A stretch of 64,000 nt of DNA, from positions 2,825,003-2,889,002 of the forward strand of contig OZ243928.1 of NCBI GenBank assembly GCA_965213865.1. The letters run 5' to 3'. The DNA is from Arenicellales bacterium. Lineage in GTDB: Bacteria; Pseudomonadota; Gammaproteobacteria; Arenicellales; JAJDZL01. The translations under genes and the position numbers were made by a program. The notes beneath the pieces were generated by a model. The model saw nothing but the letters and a program-made list of their open reading frames with translations. It had not been told where the DNA came from and did not search any database. Of the stretch, positions 45,301 through 55,276 are shown piece after piece. Numbering within the stretch: position 1 is the stretch's first letter; each line of letters starts with the position of its first letter.

Positions 45301-45462
45301 GGCGGCGGTAAAGTCTCAGGTGTCAATCGGCGCAGACAAAACTAGTCAGGATTGTATTTGAGCTGCACAGACTGACATAAAAATAAGTACAAGCTGAAAC
45401 GCGATTCAATTTACCGTATTCATGCACCTTGCCCACAAAATTTCCGCATATGGAGTATACCG

Positions 45463-46827
45463 TCAAATTGCAGTGGGGTATCTTTCATTGATTTCGATTT
45501 TGATTTGCTGGTTTCGCTGATCTGGCTCAAGTGAGGCGGCTGCGAGGTGAATGTCAGTAACAGTCTCAATGACACTCGCCAAAAAGCCGGCATCGTCTTG
45601 GGGATCAGGCGGCAGCCGCAGCACTGTGTCTCCGCCGAAAGTCGGGACCGGACTGCGCTCAGTACCTTGTGGCATTACAATCGACTCACCCTTTGCGATA
45701 CGCTTGATATCACGCCGCAGACGCGATCGAAGCAAAACGATGCCCGCATCTGTCTGTCCCAGATATTCACGCTGATGAGCATTCATGGCGCCCTGACTGG
45801 TCCATGCCTCCCAGTCACCAGGATTTTCTTGCCGCTCTTCATAACTGCGATGCCCCGTCTGCCCGTAGAAATCAACACTTTCCCAGCCGACTGACTCTCG
45901 GCTGCCCTGACGCAGCACTTCGTCGGCATCGTTAAAATGGCGCCACCCGAACTTGCGGCTGTTGGTGTCATCTAAAGGTACCACCCACTTCGTCAGGCTG
46001 GTGCGCCCAAATGCCTTGGGCTTGTCCATGACTTGGAACATCCCGCCGTTCTGCGCCAAATTCGGATACAGATAATCGTGAAAGCGCAAGCGGACCAAGT
46101 CATCGGTTCCGCTGCGTCGTGCGTGTGCGTACACAATGCCGCCATCTCGCTCGCGGTAACGGACGACCGGCAGATCAACAAAATGCTCAAGGCCTGGAAA
46201 CTGCGGTCCGCTGATGCGGCCGTGAAGAAACACACTGTGAAAAGGATCGATTGCGTTTTCCGTCTCCTGCAGCCAGTTGTTCGGCGAATGAATTGAATAG
46301 GGCACGAGCTCGTGGCCTTCAATCTGCATAGAGTCCAGGCAGGGAAAATCTGGCATTTCAGCAGGCGGCCCCATGTAGCAGAATACAAGCCCATGCAGTT
46401 CTTTTGCGGGATAGGCCCCTTGGCAAATCTGGCGGCGGATTTGGCTGTCTTGCGGCTCTCCAGGTGTATCCAGAATTGTGCCATCGACATCAAAGTGCCA
46501 GCCGTGATAGCAGCATCGGATGCCGTGCGTTTCGATGCGGCCGAATTCAAGTGACGCGCGTCGATGAGCGCAGTGCCTGTGCAGCACACCGACTGAGCCG
46601 CTCAGGTCCCGAAAGACAACCAAGTCTTCACATAAAATACGGATCGCGACAGGTTTGCCGGTATCAAGCTGAGTCGACATAGCGACCGGATGCCAGAAAC
46701 GGCGGAAGTACTCGCCCGCAGAGGTAGCGGGCCCCACTTTGAGAAACTCTTCATCTGGCTTTGCTGGCTCTCGAATCGCATAGCCATCGTACGGGCGCGT
46801 TGCCCATCGAACCTGCTTCATTGCCAT
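45463..46827 (-). CDS. Rieske [2Fe-2S] non-heme-iron oxygenase, alpha-subunit-like
   Basis: 'HCAHRRASLEFGRIETHGIRCCYHGWHF' is the CxH...CxxH Rieske site. 'IDPFHSVFLHGR' is a candidate mononuclear-iron His pair. Confidence 0.82.
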   Translation of the reverse strand: MAMKQVRWATRPYDGYAIREPAKPDEEFLKVGPATSAGEYFRRFWHPVAMSTQLDTGKPVAIRILCEDLVVFRDLSGSVGVLHRHCAHRRASLEFGRIETHGIRCCYHGWHFDVDGTILDTPGEPQDSQIRRQICQGAYPAKELHGLVFCYMGPPAEMPDFPCLDSMQIEGHELVPYSIHSPNNWLQETENAIDPFHSVFLHGRISGPQFPGLEHFVDLPVVRYRERDGGIVYAHARRSGTDDLVRLRFHDYLYPNLAQNGGMFQVMDKPKAFGRTSLTKWVVPLDDTNSRKFGWRHFNDADEVLRQGSRESVGWESVDFYGQTGHRSYEERQENPGDWEAWTSQGAMNAHQREYLGQTDAGIVLLRSRLRRDIKRIAKGESIVMPQGTERSPVPTFGGDTVLRLPPDPQDDAGFLASVIETVTDIHLAAASLEPDQRNQQIKIEINERYPTAI

Positions 46828-47192
46828 ATGCTTTCCCGTCTTTGCTTCTGGTTTATATGCTGTGCCCGCTGCATATTATATGAACAGCAAAGCAGCCACC
46901 CTAGCAGGGGCACCGAATATCGATCAATATGGAATTTTCAAAAAACCGCATTGAATCTTTAAAATCACAAAACAGGGCGCAATTCTCGACTGAAAGCCAG
47001 CAGCACTTGATTCAAGCTTACGCGTATTGAACCAGCATAAGACATGCTCACATCCGCCGGCACCTTTTGCTTTGCCATTTTTCCACCAAAGTGACTGTGT
47101 GCGGTGATTTCCTAAGAGCTGTCGAACTTCAAGAGTCGCTTTGGGCATGCATCGCTGCCGTAAACCCCTCACAGTTCGGATATGATCTGCCG

Positions 47193-48485
47193 CTAGACCG
47201 GCAAGTCCCGCAGATAATCGCAAAAAGATGGAATTGGAAACTGATAGTGGTATGGCAAATCCGTCATGGGAGCGAGCAGACCCGCGTACAGGGCGTTTGC
47301 CATAAAATCATCAAACGATTCCTGTGAATCCTCCAGCGCAGGCGAAACAAGAAGCCGCAATTGCTTGCGACTCAAAATTCCGTTTGGTCTCTCAAATGCT
47401 GCCAGAGCAATTTGTCTATATAAAGCAGGGTCCTGAGAGCCCACAGCGAGGCGGCCTGCATAATAGTCTTTTTTTCTCTCCGCCCCTTTTGCCAGCACTT
47501 GCTCGAGCAGATGGCTTTGCAAATGACTGTTGTTTAAACGCAGCATCCGACCAGCGGCCACCCCAACTCGGCTGATGTGCTGTGGCCAGCCTTGGGAAAG
47601 CTCTCCAAGCGCACTGGCCCAAGCCGCTTTATCCTCGCCTGCACCCTCATAGTAAGTGTCTAGCATGCAGCGCAGAGCGCCCACTGCATGCAATTTCGAA
47701 AGTCGCTTGAGAGTGATGACCCGCTCATCTGCAAATCTCGAAATTCCGCACTGATGCAGCACGCCAAGTGTATTGCTCAATCCGAAAAACAATGCCACCA
47801 AGGGGATCTTGCAAGGCGGATTATGCAAGCAGTCCATAACGCCGCGAGTCGTTTTCTCTACAGGGGTATTTTGGGCCTCATCCACAAATACAACTATGCG
47901 GCATTCTTTGAGCAGAGACGCTGCCGCGCCAAAGAGTCTTCCTGCCGATGCGGACGATGCCAACTGACTATCGATTTTCGGTCTGGCTCCCAGTGAGAAT
48001 CCTGCAATTCCAAAGCCACGACGCGCGAGCTCTTCATGGAGACTTGAGCCTAACGCTGCCATTTTGTTGATTTTTTCTGCCTTGGTTTTGGGCGCGATTT
48101 CTGCAAGCCTGCTGCTCTCAGCGTTGACAGCATCAATCAAAGTTGCGACTGTGTCAATCGGGGATGCCAATGCTTCAGGTCGAATCTGAACTGCAACCCA
48201 AGCATCATCTGGACTTGAGTGGCGCCTTACGGCTTCCATGCACTCCAGCATCAAAGCGGATTTTCCGGCTCCAGGAGCACCTTGAACAATGATTGTGCCG
48301 CCGCCAATATGCCCTGAATTGAGGCTGTTCACCGCTCTTTGAAAGATCTCATATTCGCTATCACGGCCGTGGAAGAAAGGTTCCCGCCCAACTTCAGCGC
48401 GATCAGCCAAATCCAGCCATTCATCCAAAGGCGGAGGAGTCGCAGGTTTCGGTTTTGGAAAAATACTTGGATTCATGCAAGTCAA
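47193..48485 (-). CDS. P-loop ATPase, AAA_22 / ExeA / TniB-like
   Basis: Walker A 'VQGAPGAGKSALM' and Walker B 'RIVVFVDEAQNTP'. Then 'LVALFFGLSNTLGVL...RFADERVITLKRLS', as in ExeA/TniB-like ATPases. Flanked by 365-bp and 338-bp non-coding gaps with no obvious partner gene. Confidence 0.6.
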   Translation of the reverse strand: MTCMNPSIFPKPKPATPPPLDEWLDLADRAEVGREPFFHGRDSEYEIFQRAVNSLNSGHIGGGTIIVQGAPGAGKSALMLECMEAVRRHSSPDDAWVAVQIRPEALASPIDTVATLIDAVNAESSRLAEIAPKTKAEKINKMAALGSSLHEELARRGFGIAGFSLGARPKIDSQLASSASAGRLFGAAASLLKECRIVVFVDEAQNTPVEKTTRGVMDCLHNPPCKIPLVALFFGLSNTLGVLHQCGISRFADERVITLKRLSKLHAVGALRCMLDTYYEGAGEDKAAWASALGELSQGWPQHISRVGVAAGRMLRLNNSHLQSHLLEQVLAKGAERKKDYYAGRLAVGSQDPALYRQIALAAFERPNGILSRKQLRLLVSPALEDSQESFDDFMANALYAGLLAPMTDLPYHYQFPIPSFCDYLRDLPV

Positions 48486-48823
48486 TTTTACCCAATAGAC
48501 CTTGGTACAACTTATCTAATGATGGGGTTGTCGGCGTTGGTCGAAAAATGGTTCCGGCGAATAAAGGCGAGTAAAAAAAGAAAAAGTACCGAAGCACACT
48601 ATCAATTCAATCTAGAATAAACTGCGCAGTGGTATCGAAATCTGCGTAAAACTTAATCGCTATAGGCACCTGAACGCCTGCAAGTGTAGAAATGGCTCAC
48701 CAGAAACGTATCAGTTTCCAGCTCTCGAATGATGCTATTTGGGAAAGATCGCTCTCCCGCCTGATTGCGATACAGCACAATAGCATCAATTCCCCCGGCA
48801 GAAGGAAAGTGAATTGATCTGCT

Positions 48824-50167
48824 CTACTCGTTTGAATGAATCTCCAGAACTGGCAGACCGGTCATCAAATTGATCTCGCCCCAAAGCAGTGCGATCTGAT
48901 AGCGGATACGATTCATCTGATAGACAGCATGCAGCTGTTCAGCCTGCGCATCCCCCAAGTCGGCCGCCTCCTCCAGCTCATACAGCGCACGGCTGCGGTC
49001 CATGTAGTGGTCTCGATAGTCAGATTCAACCTTCGCCGCCGCAAGCTCCAAATGAAGAACCCTCAACTGACGCCATAAATCATAGGCTTTCTCGCGGATG
49101 GAGTGCTCTGTGTCTGCTAATTCAAGGTGAGCCTGCTCAACTTTGATCTGGCCAATGCGGACATCCCGGTTTTTCTGAGTGCCGGAGGCCAACGGCAGAT
49201 TCAGGCGCAATCCAATCATTGCAGCATCGCGACTTCCTGTATCTTGAGCCCATTGTGTACCCTCCAGCACAGCATCCAGTTGGGGTGCAAATTTGCTTCT
49301 GGCGGCTGCCAGCTGCGACATCGACTGCCCCAGATTTAGCCTCGCCTCGGCCATCTCAATACTCTCAGCCACAATGTGTGCCATCAGTCCTTCAAATTCT
49401 GGCACCGTCTGATCCACAATGGGTGACAAGTCCGGCTCCAGCAGATCGCGCGGAACATAGCCATCAAGACTGCTCGCACCCATTGCCAGCGCAAGATTGC
49501 GCCGCGCCGCAGTTCGCTGAATGCGCGCGTCCTCTCGAATAACAAACAACTCCCGATAAAGCGTTTCCTTGGCCAATACATCTACCTGCGCATGCGCGCC
49601 GTAGGCAGCATTTTCCTCGACCATGCGGTTGTAGCGCAAAAACGCCAAAGTCATTTTCTCATCTCTGAACGCGTAGTCAAGATCCGCCAGAAGCACATCG
49701 AAATAACTTCGCATGGTCTCAAGCAGCTGGCGATTAAGCTGCAGCTGTTGCTGCAGCTGCGCACGTTCCAGAGATGCAAAAGACACTTCTGCCGCAGCAG
49801 CCGCCCGTCCAAAGTCGTAAACCGGCTGAATAATTCGCAAAGTTGCGCGGCTGTCATCAAGCGAGTCTGAGGCGGCCGGTGCTGCACGGTCTGCTCGTCT
49901 CGGCAAAACGAGCACCTCAACGGCCGGCAGATGCGGCGCACGATCAGATTCGTGACGGATATGGGCTATTGCGGTCTCAAGATCTGCATTTCTGATTGAC
50001 GAGTGGTGCTCCGCCGTCCACTGCATCGCCGCACTCAGAGTCAGGGGCTCGACAGGCAATTCCTCAGCGCAAGCAACCGTCGCAACCCATACGCTGATTC
50101 CAATCGCAACAAAACTTCGCAAACCGAATCGGCTCACTGCAGCATTCCTCTGCAGCCAGATACACAA
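48824..50167 (-). CDS. TolC-family outer-membrane efflux protein
   Basis: 447 aa with a signal-like N-terminus and a two-fold repeat of long helical Leu/Gln/Arg-rich segments ('LERAQLQQQLQLNRQLLETMRSYFDVLLAD', 'LHLELAAAKVESDYRDHY'). Confidence 0.7.
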   Translation of the reverse strand: MCIWLQRNAAVSRFGLRSFVAIGISVWVATVACAEELPVEPLTLSAAMQWTAEHHSSIRNADLETAIAHIRHESDRAPHLPAVEVLVLPRRADRAAPAASDSLDDSRATLRIIQPVYDFGRAAAAAEVSFASLERAQLQQQLQLNRQLLETMRSYFDVLLADLDYAFRDEKMTLAFLRYNRMVEENAAYGAHAQVDVLAKETLYRELFVIREDARIQRTAARRNLALAMGASSLDGYVPRDLLEPDLSPIVDQTVPEFEGLMAHIVAESIEMAEARLNLGQSMSQLAAARSKFAPQLDAVLEGTQWAQDTGSRDAAMIGLRLNLPLASGTQKNRDVRIGQIKVEQAHLELADTEHSIREKAYDLWRQLRVLHLELAAAKVESDYRDHYMDRSRALYELEEAADLGDAQAEQLHAVYQMNRIRYQIALLWGEINLMTGLPVLEIHSNE

Positions 50168-50195
50168 TCGCGGCCAATTCGCACTGACGACAGGC

Positions 50196-50732
50196 CTACT
50201 GTCCTGATTGGCTTCGCTTGTATTTCACGAAGTTGGTATGCTCATAATGCTTTTCGGCAACAAACTGCCCCAGCAGCATGAATTCCTCAGCGTTTTTTGT
50301 AGCGCCAGTAAATCGGGCCACAGGATTGCCTTCAAGATCAAGGAATAAAAATACAGGAGTCGCCCGAATCCGATTGTGCCTGAGAGCAAAATCTTTTTCC
50401 AGCACATCCTCGCCTGAAAAATCGGTAATGATGTTATCGCCCTCCACATTCATCATCAAGATGCGAAAATGCTGACGGAAATAATCCTGCACTTCTGACC
50501 GGTTCAAAACGGTCGCTTTCATACGCTCGCACCACGGACAGTCGTTCAATTCAAACATGACCATAATCGAAACTTGTCCCTCTTCCTGGGCAAGTTGCAC
50601 TTCTTCGGTCAAATCTCCAAAGGTCTGATGAAAAAAATAATCATCCGGCGACCGAATATCGGCGATTGCAGCTGTGCCGCCAAGCATCAGACTCGCAAGC
50701 AAGCCGAACGTCCATTGGCGAGCGGCTTTCAT
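50196..50732 (-). CDS. soxW: Periplasmic thioredoxin-fold protein (SoxW-like)
   Basis: Signal peptide, then the 'ELNDCPWCERMK' CxxC site. The ATG overlaps the soxB stop (ATGA, 50729-50732). Confidence 0.7.
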   Translation of the reverse strand: MKAARQWTFGLLASLMLGGTAAIADIRSPDDYFFHQTFGDLTEEVQLAQEEGQVSIMVMFELNDCPWCERMKATVLNRSEVQDYFRQHFRILMMNVEGDNIITDFSGEDVLEKDFALRHNRIRATPVFLFLDLEGNPVARFTGATKNAEEFMLLGQFVAEKHYEHTNFVKYKRSQSGQ

Positions 50733-52489
50733 GACTTCAGATTCCAGCTTCCTATCCCAGGATTTTTCTGTTTCAAGACAATTTTTGGAAGTGTCAGATG
50801 ATCAACCCTGATCGTCTGCTCTTGACGCAGGTAGTCAGCCACCACCTCCCATACCGGCGGCCCGGGCGATACTTCACCGACCGTCGCCCATCCAGCAACC
50901 GAGTAGCTGCGATTGGCCTCAATCAATTCGCCTGAATTCAAACGCATGTCTGAGATGCGCGTGCCGAATGTCCCTTCAGGCTCAATCGTATACGACATGC
51001 CCGACAGCCTCACCATATCCCCGCCTTGCTGATAGAACGGATCTGGATTAAACGAGTTGTCTGCGACATCTTCCAAGATCAGCTTAAGAGTCTCGCCAGA
51101 CATCTCGCGAACATACGTTTCTGGATACGTAGTGGCCGTCTGATTGAGCACATCCTCCATCGTAATTGCCTGACCAGGCAAAATCGAAGTTCCCCAGCGA
51201 AAGCCTGGCGACAGTGCAATCTGTGCATCCCCCATCTTCTGCAGCGCATTGCAGATCACCTCATCAAACGTGCCATTGAAATTCCCACGGCGAAAAAGCA
51301 ATGAGTCAGTCAGTGCCAGCTCCTCGCCAAGCTGATCAGCATAAGGCATGCGCAACTCATCGATCAAAGCTTGCATGGCCGCATCAGGCTCAAGATAATT
51401 CGCCATGACAGGCACCAGTCGATAACGAAAATCCTGCATGCCTTTTCGGCCAAGCTTCAGGTCCAGGACACCGACAAACTTGGCGTTTGAACCCGCGTTG
51501 GTAACATAAGTGATCCCGCCCGAATTTTTCACAGCGAGCGCACCCGGGACCGCATCATGCGTATGCCCGCCCATGATGATGTCCAGTCCGCTGACAACGC
51601 TCGCCAACTTCATATCCACATCGAATCCATTATGCGACAAGAGCACAATGGCATCGGGATTGTCATCAGCGCGAATCCGCTCAATCAGTCCCTGCAGCTC
51701 GTCGGCACGAATACCGAACGACCAGTCAGGAACATTGCGGATGGGATTGGCAATCGGTGTGTAGGGAAACGCTTGTCCAATGACTGCAATATCATAGCCG
51801 CCAAGCGTTTTCAAGGTATAGGGGGGAAATGCATGACCGGTTAACTCATCATGCACTGGCTTTTCGTCGAACAGAGCTTCCTCTGTCAAAAAAATGTTCT
51901 GCGCCACAAACTCGCCAGAAAAAGCCGCAAGATTGCTGGCAACCTGCTCCGGCGCATAGGTGAATTCCCAATGACCAGTCGCAATATCAACGCCGAGCTG
52001 GTTGTTCGCTCGAATCATATCCATGCCGCGGCTCCATAATGCCGGGCCGCTGCCTTGCCAGCTGTCCCCGCCATCAAGAAGCAGGGTTCGCTCATGGCCG
52101 AATTCACCGCGCAGCCGATCTGCCAGTGTTTTCAGATGCGCGTAGCCGCCCGCTTTGCCAAACTTTTCTGAAAGCTCCGTAAAGTCAAGGTATGTAAAGG
52201 CATAGGTCTCCAGCGAATTCGCAGGCAGATCAAATTCATCCAGCAGAGCTTTGCCGACCAGGTGCGGCGCCCGTCCAAAGGCGTCTGCAAAACCTAGATT
52301 GACATGCGGCTCGCGAAAATAGATCGGATTCAGCTGCGCATGCGTATCCGTGATGTGAAGGAGGCGGACATCACCAAAATTGTCGAATTGATAAAGGTCT
52401 GAGCGACCAGCGGACGCATTCGGCAGCATGCCGCACGCACCCGCCGCCGCCAGCAGCTGCAGAAACTCCCGACGGTTCATGGAGTTCAT
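50729..52489 (-). CDS. soxB: Thiosulfohydrolase SoxB
   Basis: 586 aa. Tat-like 'MNRREFLQLLAAAGA', metallophosphoesterase motifs 'VRLLHITDTHAQL' and 'TLLLDGGDSWQGSG', and a 5'-nucleotidase-like C-terminal half. Confidence 0.9.
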   Translation of the reverse strand: MNSMNRREFLQLLAAAGACGMLPNASAGRSDLYQFDNFGDVRLLHITDTHAQLNPIYFREPHVNLGFADAFGRAPHLVGKALLDEFDLPANSLETYAFTYLDFTELSEKFGKAGGYAHLKTLADRLRGEFGHERTLLLDGGDSWQGSGPALWSRGMDMIRANNQLGVDIATGHWEFTYAPEQVASNLAAFSGEFVAQNIFLTEEALFDEKPVHDELTGHAFPPYTLKTLGGYDIAVIGQAFPYTPIANPIRNVPDWSFGIRADELQGLIERIRADDNPDAIVLLSHNGFDVDMKLASVVSGLDIIMGGHTHDAVPGALAVKNSGGITYVTNAGSNAKFVGVLDLKLGRKGMQDFRYRLVPVMANYLEPDAAMQALIDELRMPYADQLGEELALTDSLLFRRGNFNGTFDEVICNALQKMGDAQIALSPGFRWGTSILPGQAITMEDVLNQTATTYPETYVREMSGETLKLILEDVADNSFNPDPFYQQGGDMVRLSGMSYTIEPEGTFGTRISDMRLNSGELIEANRSYSVAGWATVGEVSPGPPVWEVVADYLRQEQTIRVDHLTLPKIVLKQKNPGIGSWNLKS

Positions 52490-52599
52490 AACTTCTGCTT
52501 GCCCAAGATATTTACGGCACGCCGAGAGTGAAACAGATCAAACCGTCTGCAGCTTGCTGCGAGTTGTCTTCCTGGTTGCTTGTCTGATCGCTCGGCGTG

Positions 52600-52938
52600 T
52601 CACCGAATAATGCGGCCCAGCCACAGAGTCTCTTCGCGCTCAGCCTGCACAACGCCCTGATCAGCCTGATGCTGGGCTTGCGCAACCAGCTCCATCGCTT
52701 CGACCAGTTGTCCGGCTTCAGCACTTTCTTGCGCTGTTTTCAGGATTTTTGCCGTATCACGCCACTCATGACCCAGCTCAGCCGCCATCTTGCGGGTTTC
52801 GTTGGCTTTGGTGAAAGCAGTATTGAAGTCATCCGCAGATGGATCTGAAGCCAATACTGTTCCGGCCGCTGCGAGCACAGAAGCAGCGAGCAAGTTTTTT
52901 CCAGTCAATCGTTTGATGGTCTTTTTCATCTTATTCAC
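52600..52938 (-). CDS. Small exported helical protein in the soxA-soxB gap (SoxK position; identity uncertain)
   Basis: 112 aa with the signal peptide core 'LLAASVLAAAGTVLA' and an Ala/Glu/Gln-rich remainder. It starts 6 nt after the soxA stop. Confidence 0.5.
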   Translation of the reverse strand: MNKMKKTIKRLTGKNLLAASVLAAAGTVLASDPSADDFNTAFTKANETRKMAAELGHEWRDTAKILKTAQESAEAGQLVEAMELVAQAQHQADQGVVQAEREETLWLGRIIR

Positions 52939-52944
52939 CGCCCC

Positions 52945-53781
52945 TTACTTGCGGACACCGGGTCCGTTGAATTCAAGTCCGTTGCTCATGTAAGTGAGAA
53001 AGTACTCAAGATTTCGGTATTCCGGACCTTGTGCCTTGAAAGGCTTGGCTCGCACTTGAGAATTGCAGCCGCCAATTCTGCGGTGCAGGGTGCCGATCGC
53101 TCCCCACTTGAGGCGGTACACCGGAAAATGGCTGACATGACCTAAAGCCGGACTGAGCAATTCAGTTCGAATATAACCACCCGAACCGCTCACATGGCAA
53201 TCTGCACAGGCGAAATTCAACTGACCGCGTTTCGTGTAATAAAAACGCTTGCCTTCCTCATAGGCGGCCATGGCTCTGGGGTCATCTGGAATCTCCACAT
53301 TGATTGGCTCGCCGCGTGACGTATACGCCATGTATGCAGAAATTTCTGCGATTGCACCGCGCTTGTACTTGAGCGGTTTCTCGCCATTGGCCTCGCGACA
53401 CTGATTGATCGCCAGCTCCAGCGTGATCACCTGTCCTTGCTCGGTATCGAAATAAGGATAGTTCTGCCGAATGCCAATTCCTCCGTTATCAAAACAGTCG
53501 GCATAGGTTTTGCCATTCGCAAACGGTGTATTGAACCTTTCCTCTCCAGCGCTGATTGCCAGCTCATAGGGTGGAAACTCCTCAAGTGTCATCCATTGCT
53601 CACGCGAGGGCGCATCGATCGAGTAGACGCCATTGATGAAATCCGCTTTCGGTGTTTCCGGAAATTTCGTGAGATAAAAATTCTGAAATGCTTGCCGATC
53701 CTCTTCAGGATTGGCAAACGCCAGATACGAGATGCCGGCCAGCGCACAACCGACCGCGATTGCAATTAACTTTTTGATCAT
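52945..53781 (-). CDS. soxA: SoxA, c-type cytochrome subunit of SoxAX (single CxxCH)
   Basis: 278 aa with a signal peptide. There is one heme site, 'NFACADCH', plus 'RRIGGCNSQV' (the Cys-ligand region). No second CxxCH is present in the ORF. Confidence 0.87.
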   Translation of the reverse strand: MIKKLIAIAVGCALAGISYLAFANPEEDRQAFQNFYLTKFPETPKADFINGVYSIDAPSREQWMTLEEFPPYELAISAGEERFNTPFANGKTYADCFDNGGIGIRQNYPYFDTEQGQVITLELAINQCREANGEKPLKYKRGAIAEISAYMAYTSRGEPINVEIPDDPRAMAAYEEGKRFYYTKRGQLNFACADCHVSGSGGYIRTELLSPALGHVSHFPVYRLKWGAIGTLHRRIGGCNSQVRAKPFKAQGPEYRNLEYFLTYMSNGLEFNGPGVRK

Positions 53782-53805
53782 TGCTCATTCTCCTCAGCTC
53801 AATAC

Positions 53806-54117
53806 TCAAGCGATTGTGGCCTCAATCTGGCCTGATTCTTTATGATTGTCATGCCAGTTCAGGATCAAGACATCGCCTTTTTGAGGGCCGCTCAGCTTGA
53901 ACGAAAGATAGGGGTTTTTAGAAATCGCCGGGCCCCAATGGGCACGAATGACTTCTTTGCCCTGCCACTCGCAAGTGACGACATCAACGAAATGGGCAGG
54001 TATCGGCTGCCCCGTCTTGCTGTCCTTGCGCTGCCCCGTCTCCATTGGATGCTTGATCAGCATTTTGACCTCGACAGTGCCGTCGCTGAGCAGCTTAGAT
54101 TTCGCTTTCATTGTCAT
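53806..54117 (-). CDS. soxZ: SoxZ
   Basis: 103 aa with 'VKMLIKHPMETGQ' and 'AHFVDVVTCEWQGKEV'. Directly downstream of soxY. Confidence 0.87.
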   Translation of the reverse strand: MTMKAKSKLLSDGTVEVKMLIKHPMETGQRKDSKTGQPIPAHFVDVVTCEWQGKEVIRAHWGPAISKNPYLSFKLSGPQKGDVLILNWHDNHKESGQIEATIA

Positions 54118-54139
54118 GATTTATGTCCTCTTATCCAAT

Positions 54140-54610
54140 TTAACCGCCGCAGCCGCCAATCGTGACTTTGACTTCCTGCGAACCGCGATAGACCTGACCG
54201 TTGGCTTTCACCAAAGCGATCACATCCGAAGTTTTGCCCATTTTGATGCGCACGGAAACATCCGGCACTGCACCCGGCTGCATATCGAAAGATGCAACCA
54301 TCGGTGCGGGATTCTCCGGCACCACAATCGCAATGGACTCGACATTGTCGAGCGCTGCCGAGACCCGGATCGGCACAACAGCCCCGTTTTCTGCGATCTC
54401 AGGGCCTTTGACATTGACTTCGGGACTGTCCTGAATGCTGGTCTCGCCAAACAGAGCTTTGAGGGTGTCGTCCAGTTGATCTGCATCAAAAGCCATCTGC
54501 GGACGCGCAGCGTATGCGGACTGGCCTAGCAAGCCCCACGACGCGGCAAGTCCTGCCAGCCCCGATGCCAGAAGTCCTTTGACGACTTTTCTTCTCGGTT
54601 CAGATTTCAT
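54140..54610 (-). CDS. soxY: SoxY sulfur-carrier protein
   Basis: Ends with the diagnostic 'VKVTIGGCGG' carrier-Cys arm. N-terminus is signal/Tat-like. Confidence 0.92.
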   Translation of the reverse strand: MKSEPRRKVVKGLLASGLAGLAASWGLLGQSAYAARPQMAFDADQLDDTLKALFGETSIQDSPEVNVKGPEIAENGAVVPIRVSAALDNVESIAIVVPENPAPMVASFDMQPGAVPDVSVRIKMGKTSDVIALVKANGQVYRGSQEVKVTIGGCGG

Positions 54611-54622
54611 GAAAATACCTCG

Positions 54623-54988
54623 TTACAGTGTGTAAATATACTCAGTGATTTTGTCGATATCCGCATCCGACAAAATGCCATGACGGCCAAAAGGCGGCAT
54701 CATCGAGTTCGGATTCAATGCGGTCGCATCATAAATCTGAGCCCGCAGCTTGGCTTTGTCGGGGAAGCGCTGTTTCATAAAAATCAGCGGCGGTCCATGC
54801 GAACCCGGGAAGGTTCCATCACCGATAATGTGGCACGAAAGGCAATTGCCTTTTTTGCGATCAACCGTAAGTTTCTTGCCTTCCGCAATCACATCGGCAC
54901 TGACCTCTGCCATTCCCGCAGGCGAGTAGGCAATCGGCACCAGAAGCAACGCACAAACAGCCGTAATTGCAAATACTGACTTTTTCAT
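54623..54988 (-). CDS. soxX: SoxX monoheme cytochrome c
   Basis: ORF 54623..55078 is trimmed to ATG 54988 (MKKSVFAITAVCALLL...). 'GNCLSCH' is the heme site; also 'NSMMPPFG'. Confidence 0.85.
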   Translation of the reverse strand: MKKSVFAITAVCALLLVPIAYSPAGMAEVSADVIAEGKKLTVDRKKGNCLSCHIIGDGTFPGSHGPPLIFMKQRFPDKAKLRAQIYDATALNPNSMMPPFGRHGILSDADIDKITEYIYTL

Positions 54989-55276
54989 GGCAATTGAATT
55001 AGACCTCCTTAAGTTTAATTTGTTATGCCCTTCTCGCGGATGCAGCAATGCATCAGTACCGCAGGCAGATGCGAACATTTATACACAAAATATTGCGCTG
55101 AATTGAAAAAAATTGACGCGCTCCTGACGGCGGGATAGCGGCGGCAAATAATAATCCTGCGGCCGGCGCGCCAGCCGTTCAGCTCAGATCCAGGCAAAGC
55201 GGCCCCTCTTCGGACAAATCGGAGACTATAATTTCGAAACAGTCGGACTGTTTTGGAATCATAATCATAGTCTCCA

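Noticed and set aside
55221-55275. Nested palindromes (GGAGACTAT...ATAGTCTCC with an inner AAACAGTC-G-GACTGTTT) just before the AAA_14 pseudogene.
   Set aside because: The arms are short (9 and 8 bp) and lie next to decayed sequence. It could be an old operator or terminator, but there is no intact gene to attach it to.
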